This document shows, piece by piece, positions 13,401 to 26,025 of a stretch of DNA of 64,000 bases. Numbering within the stretch: the first letter of the stretch is position 1; every line of letters starts with the position of its first letter. The position numbers were made by a program, and so were the translations under genes. Origin of the DNA: Macrostomum lignano (lineage: Eukaryota); contig NIVC01003067.1 in assembly GCA_002269645.1 (NCBI GenBank), positions 1 to 64,000 on the forward strand. Reading direction: 5' to 3'. Below the pieces are notes generated by a model. That model did not search any database, had not been told where the DNA came from, and was given only the letters and a program-made list of their open reading frames with translations.

Positions 13401-14053
13401 GAAGAGACACACGGGAGACAGAAGACACATGGGAGACAGAAGAGACACACGGGAGACAGAAGAGACACACGGGAGACAGAAGAGACACACGGGAGACAGA
13501 AGAGACACACGGGAGACAGAAGACACATGGGAGACAGAAGAGACACACGGGAGACAGAAGAGACACACGGGAGACAGAAGAGACACACGGGAGACAGAAG
13601 AGACACACGGGAGACAGAAGAGACACACGGGAGACAGAAGAGACACACGGGAGACAGAAGAGACACTCACACAGCCTGGTCTTCACCAGCCGAGTCATGG
13701 CCGTGCCACATCGATGCCATCGACGCCCCAGACTCCGCGTATCGCCAGCGACGCCTTTCTCGTTGTCGTTATCATCGTCAACGCAGCAGCAGCAGCAGCA
13801 TCGCCAACAACTGGCAATCACACAGGCTGCTTCTAGTAGACAGCAAGACAGCAATAACAATATTCTGAAGCCAACTGTAGCAGCAGACACAATTGCGGCA
13901 ATTTTGCATCGGGAAACAATTAGCGACTCTCCTAGACTCGATGGGGTTGTTGCATTGCTCCCGGCAGCAGCCAGATAGGAGTGGGAGTGGTACAAGCTGA
14001 CATGCCGTTGCGGCGACGCTAACAGCGATAGAAGCGACGAAAGTCCAGCTAGC
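1127..14053 (-). CDS. DAGLA: Diacylglycerol lipase alpha-like gene (4TM plus class 3 lipase fold), probable pseudoenzyme; multi-exon
   Basis: Phase-compatible exons 4856-5084, 4399-4735, 3303-4158, 2455-2711 and <=2360, plus upstream exons 13671-14053 and ~7978-8200 whose junction is unresolved. Motifs match DAGLA in order: FADLNLVASDLAAGLVLLRRQQR; VLDYMSGRPIYSATRFFNL; WLGHAG; LTGHGVGGGAA; APPGGLL..AVVIGRDAVARLG; LPGRVLHVV; SPSMLRDH. The 5' start is unresolved and the C-terminal tail changes frame. Confidence 0.88.
2746..3290. repeat. 30-bp intronic minisatellite (CCCTGATGACTCGGACACGCCCACCTCACT)
   Basis: About 18 tandem copies inside DAGL intron 2712-3302. Confidence 0.95.
3303..4158 (-). 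CDS. DAGLA: DAGL-like exon encoding the lipase core (nucleophile elbow GHGVG)
   Basis: Acceptor CTAG|GAG at 4159/4158 and donor G|GTAAGG at 3303/3302. Translation aligns with DAGLA WLGHKG..GHSLGAG..SPPGGLL..GKDLVPRIG. Confidence 0.9.
5200..7860. repeat. 29-bp pyrimidine-rich minisatellite (CTCTCAGTGTCTATCTCACCCTCTTCTCA)
   Basis: About 90 tandem copies; source of the three spurious 850-960 aa ORFs. Confidence 0.97.
8770..9605. repeat. 20/22-bp minisatellite, largely alternating (42-bp higher-order unit)
   Basis: CCTATCCTCTACTCTCTCAC alternates with CCTATCCTCTCTACTCTCTCAC. Confidence 0.95.
10170..10465. repeat. (GACA)n microsatellite
   Basis: Visible directly, punctuated by CTAA. Confidence 0.95.
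11150..12290. repeat. 23-bp G-rich minisatellite (GGGTGTGAAGGGGTAGGGAGGAA)
   Basis: Homogeneous core at ~11470-12050 with diverged flanks. Confidence 0.93.
12830..13665. repeat. 18/20-bp minisatellite (GGGAGACAGAAGAGACACAC)
   Basis: Tandem array starting immediately after the 13671 donor. Confidence 0.95.
13671..14053 (-). CDS. DAGL-like N-terminal transmembrane exon
   Basis: Acceptor CTAACCGCAG and donor GTGAGT. GFRILLLLSCCLLEAACVIASCWR resembles DAGLA TM2 GYLGILLSCMIAEMAIIWLSMR. Confidence 0.6.
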
Positions 14054-15039
14054 CTGCGGTTAGATCAAAGAAAAAGCACCAGTATGAGTAACCATAGACT
14101 CGAATTGCGAAACCTAATTTAATTTTCTAACTAATAAGAATAAGAAATAACATTGTCGATTGAACAGAAGTGTCAAATTAAAACAGTCAATTTACATAGT
14201 GAACTTCGTTCATATAAACAAAGTTAAAGTATCGCCTTTGGCAACACCGTGCCACCGCCAGCGCTGACAGCAGTTCTGCTTGAGCGTTACCAAACGATAA
14301 AACCATAGACACAACATTATTGCCCATTAATCAAGCCTACCCCTCGACATTTGGCAATCTGGCTTGATCTATGCGACAATTAGTGCCACTTAGTGTCAGT
14401 CAGTCAGGTCAGCGAAACCCCAAACTGTAACGATTAATATTCACAGAGGGAAGCCTGAAAAACACACACAAAAACACAGATTTGCCAGTGCCTAAATTGT
14501 GTTGACGCTAATACTTCAAACCTATTATTCTATTAGCACTACAATAACCACCATATGCCAAACAGATGCTGACGGACAGGACATTAATAGCTATGCACTT
14601 TACGGGGAGGGCAGTCAGCCATATGCACTCTTATTCTATGCGACAAATCTCATACCCTGACAGTTGACCAGCAAGCCAGGTGGCATGTTAAAAAAAACGC
14701 TCATTCCATTCATCAAGGTAAACAATGCCACTAACAAGATGGATGGATGGATGGGTTTATCCGACTGACTGCAGCAATTAGGAAGGTCGCTAACACACTG
14801 GCACAGAGAAAAATCAGGCCCAAAATGGGATGCTCGGTTGAAGGAAAATCGAAGTCTCTATCAGGAAATTTTGCCTAAAAGCAAAAAAGCTAAGATATAA
14901 AAACAGCTCTTTAACTGTCCGTCAGTATAGCCTAAACTGTCTACAGGTGTTTAGCACCCGGAAACATGACTTAGCATCATAGTCAGCACTCCAATCATTC
15001 ATCTTAGTACTTTAAACACTTACCTTGGCACTCTTAATC

Positions 15040-15180
15040 ATTCAATTTGGCACTCCAATCATTCAACTTGGCACTCCAATCATTCAACTTAGCACTTCAA
15101 TCATTCAAATTGACACTCCAATCATTCAACTTGGCACTCCAATCATTCCACTTAGCACTCTTCAATCATTTACCTAAGCA
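15040..15180. repeat. 21-bp tandem repeat (TTGGCACTCCAATCATTCAAC)
   Basis: About 6 diverged copies. Confidence 0.8.
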
Positions 15181-15399
15181 CTCTAACAAGCAACTTAGCA
15201 CTCCTATAAGCCTAATTAGCAGTCAATAAGTCAAGTCAGCAAAATCTCGATATTCTAAAAAGCATGATTGTCAAAGAAAATGTAAAGACAGTTTAAAAAA
15301 CCTATCTAGGGCTGAGTTTCTCCGATAAAAATTATAATTAGTGCATAAAAAATTCTTCAAGACTTTCTTATCGAGTGCACTCAACACAGTGAGTGGCAG

Positions 15400-15550
15400 C
15401 AGCAGAGGCCTGCACCCTCATCGAGCTCATCACGATGCGTGCGTGATTCAGGGCCACAGGGAAAAGGCAGGAGAATCTGTCCTCCACAATTTCGCCTCGC
15501 TCCCTCCCAGCTCTTTCCCCTAGCTTGAAGATTAGGCTCGGCAAAGCTCG
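15400..15550 (-). CDS. Possible first coding exon of the DAGL-like gene
   Basis: LPSLIF..EIVEDRFSCLFP weakly resembles the DAGL N-terminus MPGIVVF..SDDLVLP. No ATG or clear donor found. Confidence 0.2.
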
Positions 15551-16109
15551 GCTTAGCGCAGAATGCACACACACTCGAGAGTACTTGCTAGCGCCTAGTA
15601 GGCAGGCGGGCAGGCAGGCATAGCGGGTTAAGCTAAGAACAAACTAGCCATAATAACTACTACATCCAGCTTATGCCACTGTATGTAGAGATCAATAAAA
15701 ATAACTAATCGAGAATATTTATTACTAGCAGAATAAGATAGGATTGCCCTCTATCCAGCCTCTAGCTAGCATAGGGTTTCAGCGCAATAACCGCCATATA
15801 AGGAGATCTAGCTAGCCTACTACGAATAAATCCAAGCTTTCACTTTGACATCGAATTCAAAGTCTACAGAGATTCGTTGGCAAATTCTGCGTATTCTACC
15901 AAGATAAGCTAGATTGAAATTGGATTAACTATACTTTAAATTTGTGCTGAATCTTAATTATTCTATTGATTTCTGCTGCATTTGTATAATTAATTGAGTT
16001 TTAATAGTAATTAAGCACTGCTGCACTCATAGTGATGGCGTGGTATTGATGAATGCATAAACAGACAGACAGACTATTGTCTGTGTGGCTTTTGAAGAGA
16101 AAGGATAGA

Positions 16110-16730
16110 GAATGCAGAGGGGGAGGACTGATAGGGAGAAAGAGGAGAGCAGCAGGAGAGGTAGAGAGAGACGAGAGAGAATACAAAAGAAAGAGGGGAG
16201 GAGAGGGGGAGAGGTGAGAGGAGAGGGGAGAAAGGAGAGAGGGAGTGAGGAGAGGGGGAGAGAGGAGGGGGAGAGGAGGGGTGAGAGAGGAGCGGAGGGA
16301 GGAGAGGGGGACAGAGGAGGGGAGACAGGAGGGGGGAGAGGAGGCGGGAAGGGGAGAGAGGAGGGAGAGAGGAGAGGAGTAGAGAGGAGAGGGGAGAGAA
16401 GAGGGGAAGAGGAGAGGAGGAGAGAGTTGAGGGGGAGAGGAGGGGAGAGAGGAGAGAGGAGAGGGAGAGAGGGGAGAGAGGTGAGGGGGGAGAAGAGGAG
16501 AGAGGAGAGGGGAGAGAGGAGGGGGAGAGAAGAGGAGAGAGGAGAAGGGGAGAGGAGGAGAGAGGAGAGGGAGAGAGGGGGAGAGAGGTGAGGGGGGAGA
16601 AGAGGAGAGAGGAGAGGGGAGAGAGGAGGGGGAGAGAAGAGGAGAGAGGAGAGGGGACAGAGGAGGGGGAGACGAGAGGGGAGAGAAGGGGAGAGGAGAA
16701 GGGGAGAGGAGAGGGGGAGAGGAGAGGGGA
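16110..16730. repeat. Polypurine GA-rich low-complexity tract
   Basis: Visible directly. Confidence 0.9.
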
Positions 16731-17449
16731 AAATTAAATATACGTTTAAACGTTGAATTTAAATAATATAAGAATCTTTGCTCCTAATGTTTCACATGGT
16801 GGTCGCCACCGGGACAGAGAGAGAGGTGTAGACAGAATGTGAGAGTGTGTGAGAATTGAAAGCACTGCTCGAGGCGAAGTCAGTGCTAGGCTAGCTAGCA
16901 ATTCCTTGCGAGTATAAAACTGGGGGGGGAGAGGAAAGAAAGTAAAACACAAGGCCAGGACTAAGACTAGTGTAATAAGGTGGGTCTAATGCAGGAATTG
17001 AGTTCCATATGGATTATTTTTGAAGCAACGAATTTACTATCTACTGAAAGCTATACTCAAGTCGTTTATTTCTATGGGGGACGAGTGTAAGGGTATAATA
17101 ATGCCGCGTGTAAAGTACTAAAGTATGTCGATCTAGAGTTATTGCAATAAATCTGCAATGGCATCTTGACTCTGAAGAATATGACTTTACTTTTAGACTA
17201 TACAAAATCACGATTGTGGCATCCTGATTTTGGACCCGCGATGCCAAAATGTCATCAGGAATTTTCTGCTGTTCCCCCTCCAACCCTCGTTAGCTGGTGG
17301 AAATAAATGTCTTGTTTCCTGAAAAGTGTAGACTGCGGAGCTAAATTGGTGCTAATGTTTTTTTGCCACATGCCGCCCGCAAAGCCTCTCCATCCGGCCA
17401 TCGGGACCTTTGAAACTTCACAATAGCAATCCGGCCCGCTCAGGGTTTG

Positions 17450-17910
17450 CGTCTCTTCTCTCCTCTTTTCTCTACTTTCGTCTCATCTCATCTCTCCTTA
17501 TCTCCTCCTCTCCTCTCTCATCCCTTCTCTCTCATTTCTCTCCTCTCTCATTTCTTCTCTCCTCTCTCATTTCTTCTCTCCTCTCTCATTTCTTCTCTCC
17601 TCTCTCATTTCTTCTCTCCTCTCTCATTTCTTCTCTCCTCTCTCATTTCTTCTCTCCTCTCTCATTTCTTCTCTCCTCTCTCATTTCTTCTCTCCTCTCT
17701 CATTTCTTCTCTCCTCTCTCATTTCTTCTCTCCTCTCTCATTTCTTCTCTCCTCTCTCATTTCTTCTCTCCTCTCTCATTTCTTCTCTCCTCTCTCATTT
17801 CTTCTCTCCTCACGCTCTCATTTCTTCTCTCTCCCCTCTTTTCTCTCCTCTCTCATCTCTTCTCTACTCTCTCCTCTCATCTCCTCTCTGCTCCGTTCCC
17901 TCTCTCTCTT
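17450..17910. repeat. Pyrimidine-rich ~19-bp minisatellite (CTCTCATTTCTTCTCTCCT)
   Basis: Visible directly. Confidence 0.9.
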
Positions 17911-19589
17911 CCTCGCTCATCTGGCCCGCCGCCATGAGCTGGATTATCCATCTGGCCCTGAGGCGCTAAGATATTACGAGCTCAAGGCATAGAAATGACA
18001 ATACACTTCTTCGTCATCAATGATATCGACAAAAAATCAAAGCCCAGAATACTGATACTCACTGCAACAGATGACAAGCCAGCAAGGCAATGGATGGCAA
18101 GGTCAAATCGTCCGAGCTGAAGCAGCACAACCGATTGAATAGTACTAGACCTGGCATAGTACTAAACCTTGTCAAGTGGCGGGCGCGTTAGCTGGTGGCA
18201 TTTCCGCCGTACAGGAAAGTCAGCCTCGCATTGGACCCCAGGCTGTAAAAATGATAATAAAATAATACTAAATGTTGGCCAGATTACCGAGTAAAATATT
18301 ATTAATGAATTGATGAACAGGGAAATAAAGAATATTTTTAATTCCCTATTTTTTATTACAGACAAGCTGGCAAAGAGGCGAAACAACACAGAAAGATCTA
18401 TGCGGTGGTACACGGTATATATAAGCAGATATATCTTTGGCTATATTTGCCTAGCGACAAGGTGACGGACGCTCCTGCGCACAAGTAGTCCGCCCTGGAA
18501 TAACCCCTCCCCTCCACCGCAAGTAGGGTGGGGTGGGATAGGGAGGAAGCCAAGCAAAGCGGATTGGCCTACGACAGGAAGGGAGACAGAGGAGGGCTGC
18601 TGTAGCTAGCCAGCCTGTATTGGGGATTTGCACTGCACTGCAATAGACGCGTATAGCGAGAGGCCAAGGGAGCCAAGAAGAGTCAGTTGCGTATGTCGTA
18701 TTAAAAACCAACAATAAAGCAGCCAGCCAATGACGACGCAAGAGAGACGGAGAGAGAGAGAGCTTACAGAATTTCTCTACTGTAATCCTTTGCCCTGCGT
18801 CTCATACATTGTCCCTATTCCCTTACTACAGAGGTGGGGGGGGGGGGCTAGGGGCTACGCTGCAACGCTGCAATACAAGTCGCCTACACAACAGCGTCAA
18901 TTAGCAATCGCCATGCACTGGTTATAACCTCTTTTGCCGGCGGGCTGGGCCAGGTCACAAAGGCCGAAAATCAAAAGAGGCGGCAAAACTAAAAGGATGA
19001 GACGAGTGGACAATAAATTACCCCCACCCTCCCTCTTTCTGCTGCTACCCGTGCCTTCTAATCACCAGAAGGTCTAAGTAGAGAGAAGCGACCTCGAGGT
19101 CACATACGCTAATACTTCCCGTCACCCTCCCAAATCCTCAGACTGTGCAAGCGCCAACGCATTGGTCAATAAACGAGTCCCTGAAGCATTTTAACTGAAC
19201 TGAACCCACTTGTGAACATTCATTTACGTTTAAAAACATTAATTTATTTCACATGTACTTTGCCAGTTTTTTAAAGTTTTGATCGAACTGTCACGACTTC
19301 TCCATGGTGCAATAAGATTACCGGTAGTGAACTTGTATTGTAGCTTGTAAAATCCAAAGCATTTTATTAGGGAATCTACAGTCTGTTCCGGTAGTAAATC
19401 AGATTAGGCGAAGGAATCAAGCTATAGCTCGTAAATACAACCCGACCCGATTGTGCCAAGAAAAACAGCAATATGATTGTCTTTTTATAATCTGGGCACG
19501 CGGACTGCTTTTGTCAACTTAAAGATTTAGAAGTAGCACTATTGAAGCGCAAGAGAATAAAATACGAGCTATTTCGCAAGTGCTGACCA

Positions 19590-19977
19590 ACCAATTCTTC
19601 AGGGAGAACGGCTACTGCTAACCCACCAATCCTTCAGGTAGAATGGCTACTGCTAACCCACCAATCCTTCAGGGAGAACGGCTACTGCTAACCCACCAAT
19701 CCTTCAGGTAGAACGGCTACTGCTAACCCACCAATCCTTCAGGTAGAACGGCTACTGCTAACCCACCAATCCTTCAGGTAGAACGGCTACTGCTAACCCA
19801 CCAATCCTTCAGGTAGAATGGCTACTGCTAACCCACCAATCCTTCAGGGAGAACGGCTACTGCTAACCCACCAATCCTTCAGGTAGAATGGCTACTGCTA
19901 ACCCACCAATCCTTCAGGTAGAACGGCTACTGCTAACCCACCAATCCTTCAGGTATAACGGCTACTGCTAACCCACA
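19590..19977. repeat. 35-bp tandem repeat (CTACTGCTAACCCACCAATCCTTCAGGTAGAACGG)
   Basis: About 11 near-identical copies; period confirmed at 19621/19656. Confidence 0.95.
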
Positions 19978-20559
19978 GATTTCTCAGAGAGAATTTCAAC
20001 AATGTAAACCTATCTCCAACTGAAATATGAAACATAAGTACATCAAATTTCCATGCCATTTTCAGCTGAAGCACCAGCCAACCAGAGGTCAAGTGACGCT
20101 GCAGGCAGACACCCAGTCTGATGGAAATGCATACATAATGCTACACGAGAAAGTGCATGAAATATGGAGAAGATTCCGAAAATTGGGCCTAGATATCCCC
20201 CAGACAGTAGTGATCAAATCAATACAAGAAGCAAGCTTAAAATCTCACCACCTCTTGAGCTATCTTGAATAATGTATTGCTCTCTTGGGCAATCCCTATA
20301 GGCTACTGTATGCCTAACATATTCCATTGCTTAGAAGGCTTAGCAGACGTGCAAATATAATATTCAATTCAATGATCTTCAGTATACAGAAAAGAGATGA
20401 ATCGTGCGTAATACATCATATATAGGATTAAGATTAAATGCAAAGTAGCTTAAAACTTCATTCTTAATTTGAACTGGGTAGATATATGGACTAATGCATG
20501 CTTCATTTGCTACTGCCAAACCCAAGCTGGATTAACAGAATATCATGGGATTATTCAAG

Positions 20560-20745
20560 TAAAAAAATCGGCATCTATCAAGCAGGCTATTAATATTATA
20601 TAAGCACCAAACGAATGCTGAGTATGACAGTCAGGAGATAGGTAATGAGATGGAAATTCTTGGGTCGATATGTATCGAAGTAGGAGTAATGCACTACCAT
20701 TGGGATACCCGAGAATCAGCCAGGACTGCACCGCGTAGTGCACGA
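20560..20745 (-). pseudogene. Possible decayed PIF/Harbinger transposase fragment
   Basis: With one frameshift it reads VLADS-GYPNG..LL..RY...QEF...HSFG, echoing the Harbinger motifs LxDxGYP...RYHLxEF...ERAFG. Confidence 0.3.
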
Positions 20746-23240
20746 GAACTTAACTACTGTTAGTAGAATGACAGAGTTTTCTGCAAATAGGTTAAGATAA
20801 AAATTAAAATTTCAGCAAGAAATAAAGTTTAGCAAAATATATAAAAGTATACTTTATACTTTAAGTATACTTTTTACTTAAGTATACTTTTGTATGTAAG
20901 TATACTTGTAATTTCAATTTGAATGCAAATCATTTGAGCTCTACCACTTGCCAGCCTATATCTTGGTGCATAATTGAGTTTGGTATAATAGCTGACTAGC
21001 AGCAGCACAATGCTTTATTAACTCTATAAGCACACCAAATGCTGCATACAGATTGTCAACTTTTCCTATATCCTATATAGGAAAAGTTGACATTGTTTGC
21101 TAGAGTATAAATCCATAAAGAAGTGCTATTTTATGTATGAAATCATATCTGTAGTATTTATTTCAAGTTCAGTAAATAAATTGATATATATTTAGAAAAA
21201 AATCAATAGACATATTAATACTATTTTTTGCAAAGTAGTTTAATTTCGTCTTAGAACTCTTCTAAAAGATTTGCATTATCGAAATAGTACAAAAATATAT
21301 AGCATATATGAAAGATTGGCACCCTTTGACTTAAGAAGTAAATATACAAAATTAAATAAAAAATTACTAGTATACCTACTAAAAACTACAAAGGCTTAAG
21401 TGCCAATACTAAATAATAATTACAACTAGACCAAGCTAAAATCTACTTGCTACCAAAATGACTAGCTTGCTATCAAAGCAACTGCCATTGTCAGCAAACT
21501 AATTATAATATATGCACACTAGGTCTTATTATAATACTTTTCCAAAAACCTATATATGTATACTAGCCTAGTAACTAGGAGCTTTCAGAAAAAACTAGAT
21601 ATATTAAATACTTACAAATTTTAGATGAACCAAGCCACATCAATACATTTTTTCAACAGACAGTAGAATCCAAATGAGCCTAGATTTTTTATTTGAGCTT
21701 AAATCAAGTAACTTAATAATAGGCTATCATTAGACTATATAATTATTATAATATATTAAACATATTTTACTATAAAATTTATAAGGGCCTAAACAATGCA
21801 ATAAGTAGAGGTATTTAATAATATAAAGGCTATAAATACTACATTTAAAATAATAATAATAACACTTGTATTAATTAGATGACAAGGCATTTAACCAAAA
21901 TAATACAGTCACTGTATGCTTGCTATTTACCCAAAATTACATTAATTTTGTTAACATTTCTGTCATAGGTATTATTAAGAAAATAACTTATAAACTAATA
22001 ATATAAATGCCTTTGATAACTAGAATGACCACTTATTGAATTTTTTGTGCTAAGAAAAATGTGTCAAAAAATTAACTTGTAATCATCAAAATGTCTATTT
22101 GCTATCAAAACATGTCACAATAATGACTTGTCATTAAAACCCCAATTGCAGTCTCTGGCTATTTTTACCTTGGTTGCCCAGCATTTCTTCGGGCACAATC
22201 CAATTGGCCTATTTCTTAATAGCCCAATCACTAAGTGTCCTTGCCAGTGGCAATGAACATATCTAAAAATAACCCTACTTTCTTTCCAATTATTTTGGCC
22301 CTTGGCCCTGGTTCAGGGGGTGTACCTAGAGTGAATTAGAATTCTAGACTGCAGTATGGCTAGATTAGGACTTGAGCCTTTTGGTTGCACCTGCCCTGCA
22401 GAAAAGATGACCATTCACAAAAGTGTACAATAGAGCCCAGTTGATGCTAGCCCTAAGGCTGAGCCTCTGAGGTTGTGTGATCCTCCACCATGTTATCTCC
22501 CCATGCTTTTATCCCTTGGTTTTATCTTGGCACTTGAGCCACCCAATTATTTGAAGTTTATTGATCTTGCCTCAGTGTTCTCATTTGCTCCCTTGGTCCA
22601 TCTGCTGGCTCCTCTGGTTGTCTCCCTGCTTTTGTGTCTTGGCTCTCATCACTGACAGTAGATTAGAGTCCTGGGATAGATGTTTGTTCTGAATCAGGGA
22701 ATACTAGCTGAGTCTAGGTTCCTCTTGATCCTTGTGCCCCTTTCCTAACTCTTTGGCGTGGCCTTATTAGAGCTGGATAGCAAAAAAGCCTTGAGGCTTG
22801 CAGCCCTATAGGAGGATTGCATCCTGGCTTACCTGATAAGAGACTCGCCCATTGCAATAAGCTTCAAGACTTGCTCCAATTTAAAGCCTTTTCTGTAGAA
22901 TTTGTGGTTTCCCACTCTCAGATTGCTTTCTAAAGACTCTAAGTTTTTTAGCACACACACTTGGGTTTGGTTGTTGGTGGTAGCTTGGGTGGACTCTGTC
23001 CTAGCACTGTCCGTGATTCCATTGTGGGTTGGTGGTGTCTTAGTCTATAGGCTTGGGTTAGTAGCATTCAATAGTTCTATTAGGCCTGGAGTCCTAGTCC
23101 CAATTATGGGGAACTCAGGCTTTGACTCCTAGTAGAATGGCCCCCCTATAGATCCAGCAGCAGAGCCCTGTTGCAAGGACTGATCCATGGGCAAAAATGC
23201 TTCCTATCCTTATTTAACAACAACAAAACCCCAATCGTAG

Positions 23241-23925
23241 TAGAGCTGTCACGAGATCTCAACGAGACAAGATTTGAGACAAGATCTCGACATTTTTTCT
23301 CATCTTGAGAAATCTCGAATTTTGTCAAGAAATTTGAGACGAGATTCAAGAATTTTTCCGATACCTTTTTTCAAAAGCTTTTAAGTGATAAAATATAAAA
23401 AGGGGAGCAAATTTTCATATAAATACAACTGTTTGTTGTAACACGCTTGATAGGGCAATTTTCAAATGGTAAAATCTAGCCAATGTCGAGCAGTTATTTA
23501 ACGAACGTCGTTATATACGAGTTTGCATTGCATATGTGCTCTTTTAGTTATCATTTCAGTTCTGCAGCAAGGTGTATCATAGCAGACTTGAAGATAATCT
23601 ACACAGGTCTTTTGACAAATTAGTAATAGACATAGTAGGGCCAAGGGCCTATATGCTACAAGCATAAATTCTTATGAATAAATAGCAAAGAATTAAAACT
23701 AGAATTAAGAAAGTATTCTGGAAAATCTAAAAAATATTTTTTTAGAATTGTATCTTATCAAGAAATTTAAGACAAGATAAGGCAAGATAAAAGCAAGACA
23801 AGATGCAATTCTGAAATATATTTTTTAGATTTACTTTGTCTTGTCTCGTCTCGAAATTCTCGACTTATAAGCCTTTCTCGTCTTGAATCTTGTCTCGAAT
23901 AAAATCTCTAATTTTGACAGCTCTA
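23241..23925. mobile_element. Non-autonomous hAT-type MITE (685 bp)
   Basis: TIR TAGAGCTGTCA...TGACAGCTCTA; perfect 8-bp TSD AATCGTAG at 23233-23240 and 23926-23933; subterminal GAGACAAGA/TCTCG motif arrays. Confidence 0.9.
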
Positions 23926-24679
23926 AATCGTAGCCAACTCCACCTTATTATTAAAACTCATTCACCATGGCACTATTGCCAGCAAAAAAATCAAAAACAA
24001 AATTCATGCATAAGAAAACTATTATTTTTGTTTAATTTTTCTAACTGATATGCATTGTGTATAGTTAGTAAATAAAAACAATTGTTGTTTTACTTAGCAC
24101 TTTCTAGAAAATTAGAATATATTTATATTTATGTTTGTGTTCATTCCTATCAAATCTTATCATATAGCAGTAGTACCATTTTTCAATCCCTGTCGTACTG
24201 TTGTACAACAAGCCAAAATTTTAATTTATATTCTATCATACATGGACATCCTTCTGCACTATGGATTAAATGGGTGTAAGACCAAGATGGCCACACACCA
24301 AGATGGCCACAGCTGGGGTGGGGGTCACGGAAAATGACAGCTGGTTTACTATTGGATAGCTTCGGGTGGGGAGATGTGGGGTTGCAATGGGGGGGGTTTA
24401 GACAGGCAGTCAAAATTTTATTAGTTTATTGCAGGGCTAAAGACAAAAATGGTTACGAGTCTTAATTTCCTACTTATAGTAGGCCCCTAAGAGGTGTAAA
24501 CATATTTCGTATTAAACAAATCTCTTCTTCATATAAAATCTGGTGTAGCTTTTTCCAGTTTCTCTTATTGGTCGAGACTAATTTACTTGTTTAAAGGGAT
24601 AAAAACTGGGTAAATTTCATGCCCTGTTCAAAATTCATCTGTCTCATTCACTGAAGCAGTCTAAGCACTTAGATACAAA

Positions 24680-26025
24680 ATGGCAGGCGCATATCCATGT
24701 GTAGTCTGTCTGCAGCCAGTTTGCGATGGACAAGAAGCAATTGAGTGTTCTCAATGCTTGAATTGGCAGCACCGTGCATGTGATAGTCGCGTCACAATCG
24801 ATCAGTATTCTGCAATGAGAAATGTCGGTGAGTTTTTCTGGCTTTGCAATCAATGCAATAGACGGGCTCCTGCAGGTAACTTAGCAGTGTCTCAAGCTGC
24901 AGATGCTGCAGTGGTACATGTACAAGCCCCGAATTCTGGACCAGCGGCTGTTCCTCTGCCTGCTGAAAATCCAGAACCAGTGCATTTGATTCCAGCACAA
25001 GCAGAAAATTTTCTTTACCAGTATCCAGATTTCAATGACCCTGATCCAGCTCTGGAAGAATCCATTCAAATTCCTCCAGCAGAGCTTGCACCGCCCCGCA
25101 GCCCACCTCCCCAGCCCTTTGAAATTCTTACAGGTGCAGGATGCAGTCACGGAAAAGACCTTCTAGTGCAGTATGCCCAACGAGACCTTGGCCATCTGAT
25201 GGATGAAAAAACGCGGCGAAATGGCAACACATACTATCGCTGCACTAAGCGTTTATCACTGCACTGTCATGGCTCCGCAGTCCGCCGTGCTGATGGAACC
25301 ATAGAAGCCCTTGCTCCGCACACGTGCGATCCAGTTGATCGGCCAGCTCAGAAGAGAAAGGCAGCAAAGGAGGTAAAGGAGGGAGCAAAGCGCATGTTGT
25401 TTACCTCTGCTAGAATTATCGCGGAGGAGAAGGTAAGAGAATTTTCACCTGAAGTGCAGGAGGTGCTTAGTATTGAGTCATTGAGTCGCAATGCTAATTA
25501 CAGTCGCAAAAAAGATCGCCCTATGGAACCTGTTGACGTACATTTCCAAGTTGATCCTAGACATGTACCTGCCCAGTTTCATTTGCAGGATGTGACAGTT
25601 CCTGAGACAAACGGGCGACACTTCGTCTTCATGACGACAACTCAGCGAGAACTATTATCAACCCGACGAATCTTGAAGTGCGACGGAACTTTTAGCATTG
25701 TCAAGGCACCTTTCAAACAGCTTTACAGTGTACACGGCGCGATTCGCTTTGATGGGCAGGAAAGGCTGGTACCACTTGCCTTCTTTTTGATGTCCGGTAA
25801 GGCTCAAGCTGATTATCAAGCCTGCTTTCGTTGCCTTTGGGAGTCAACAGGTAATGCGCCAATCAAGTTCACCTGTGACTTTGAAGCTGCTGCTTGGCAA
25901 GCAATTCGGCTGGTATATCCAGGTGCGCAAGTTCGCGGCTGCTTCTTCCATTATTGTCAAGCTGTCTTCAGGCGTGTCCAAAATCTTGGCCTTCAGGTGC
26001 AGTATTCCACTGTTCCAGCAGTTCC
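24680..26025 (+). CDS. PHD finger + FLYWCH + MULE DDE transposase (C-terminus lost)
   Basis: PHD: CVVC..AIECSQCLNWQHRAC..WLCNQC. FLYWCH: YYRC..HC..HTC. MULE: LKCDGTF..QLYSVH..VPLAFFLM..FTCDFEAA..GCFFHYCQAV. The ORF then runs into a 120-bp array. Confidence 0.9.

Noticed and set aside
12748-13670. Cys-rich and charged ORFs on both strands
   Set aside because: Translations of the 18/20-bp array; only 13671-14053 is exon-like.
19590-19977. CRISPR-like array (35-bp repeats)
   Set aside because: No unique spacers, no cas genes, eukaryotic context.
22300-23150. Decayed coding or TE sequence
   Set aside because: Composition looks formerly coding, but it has many stops and no motif I can assign.
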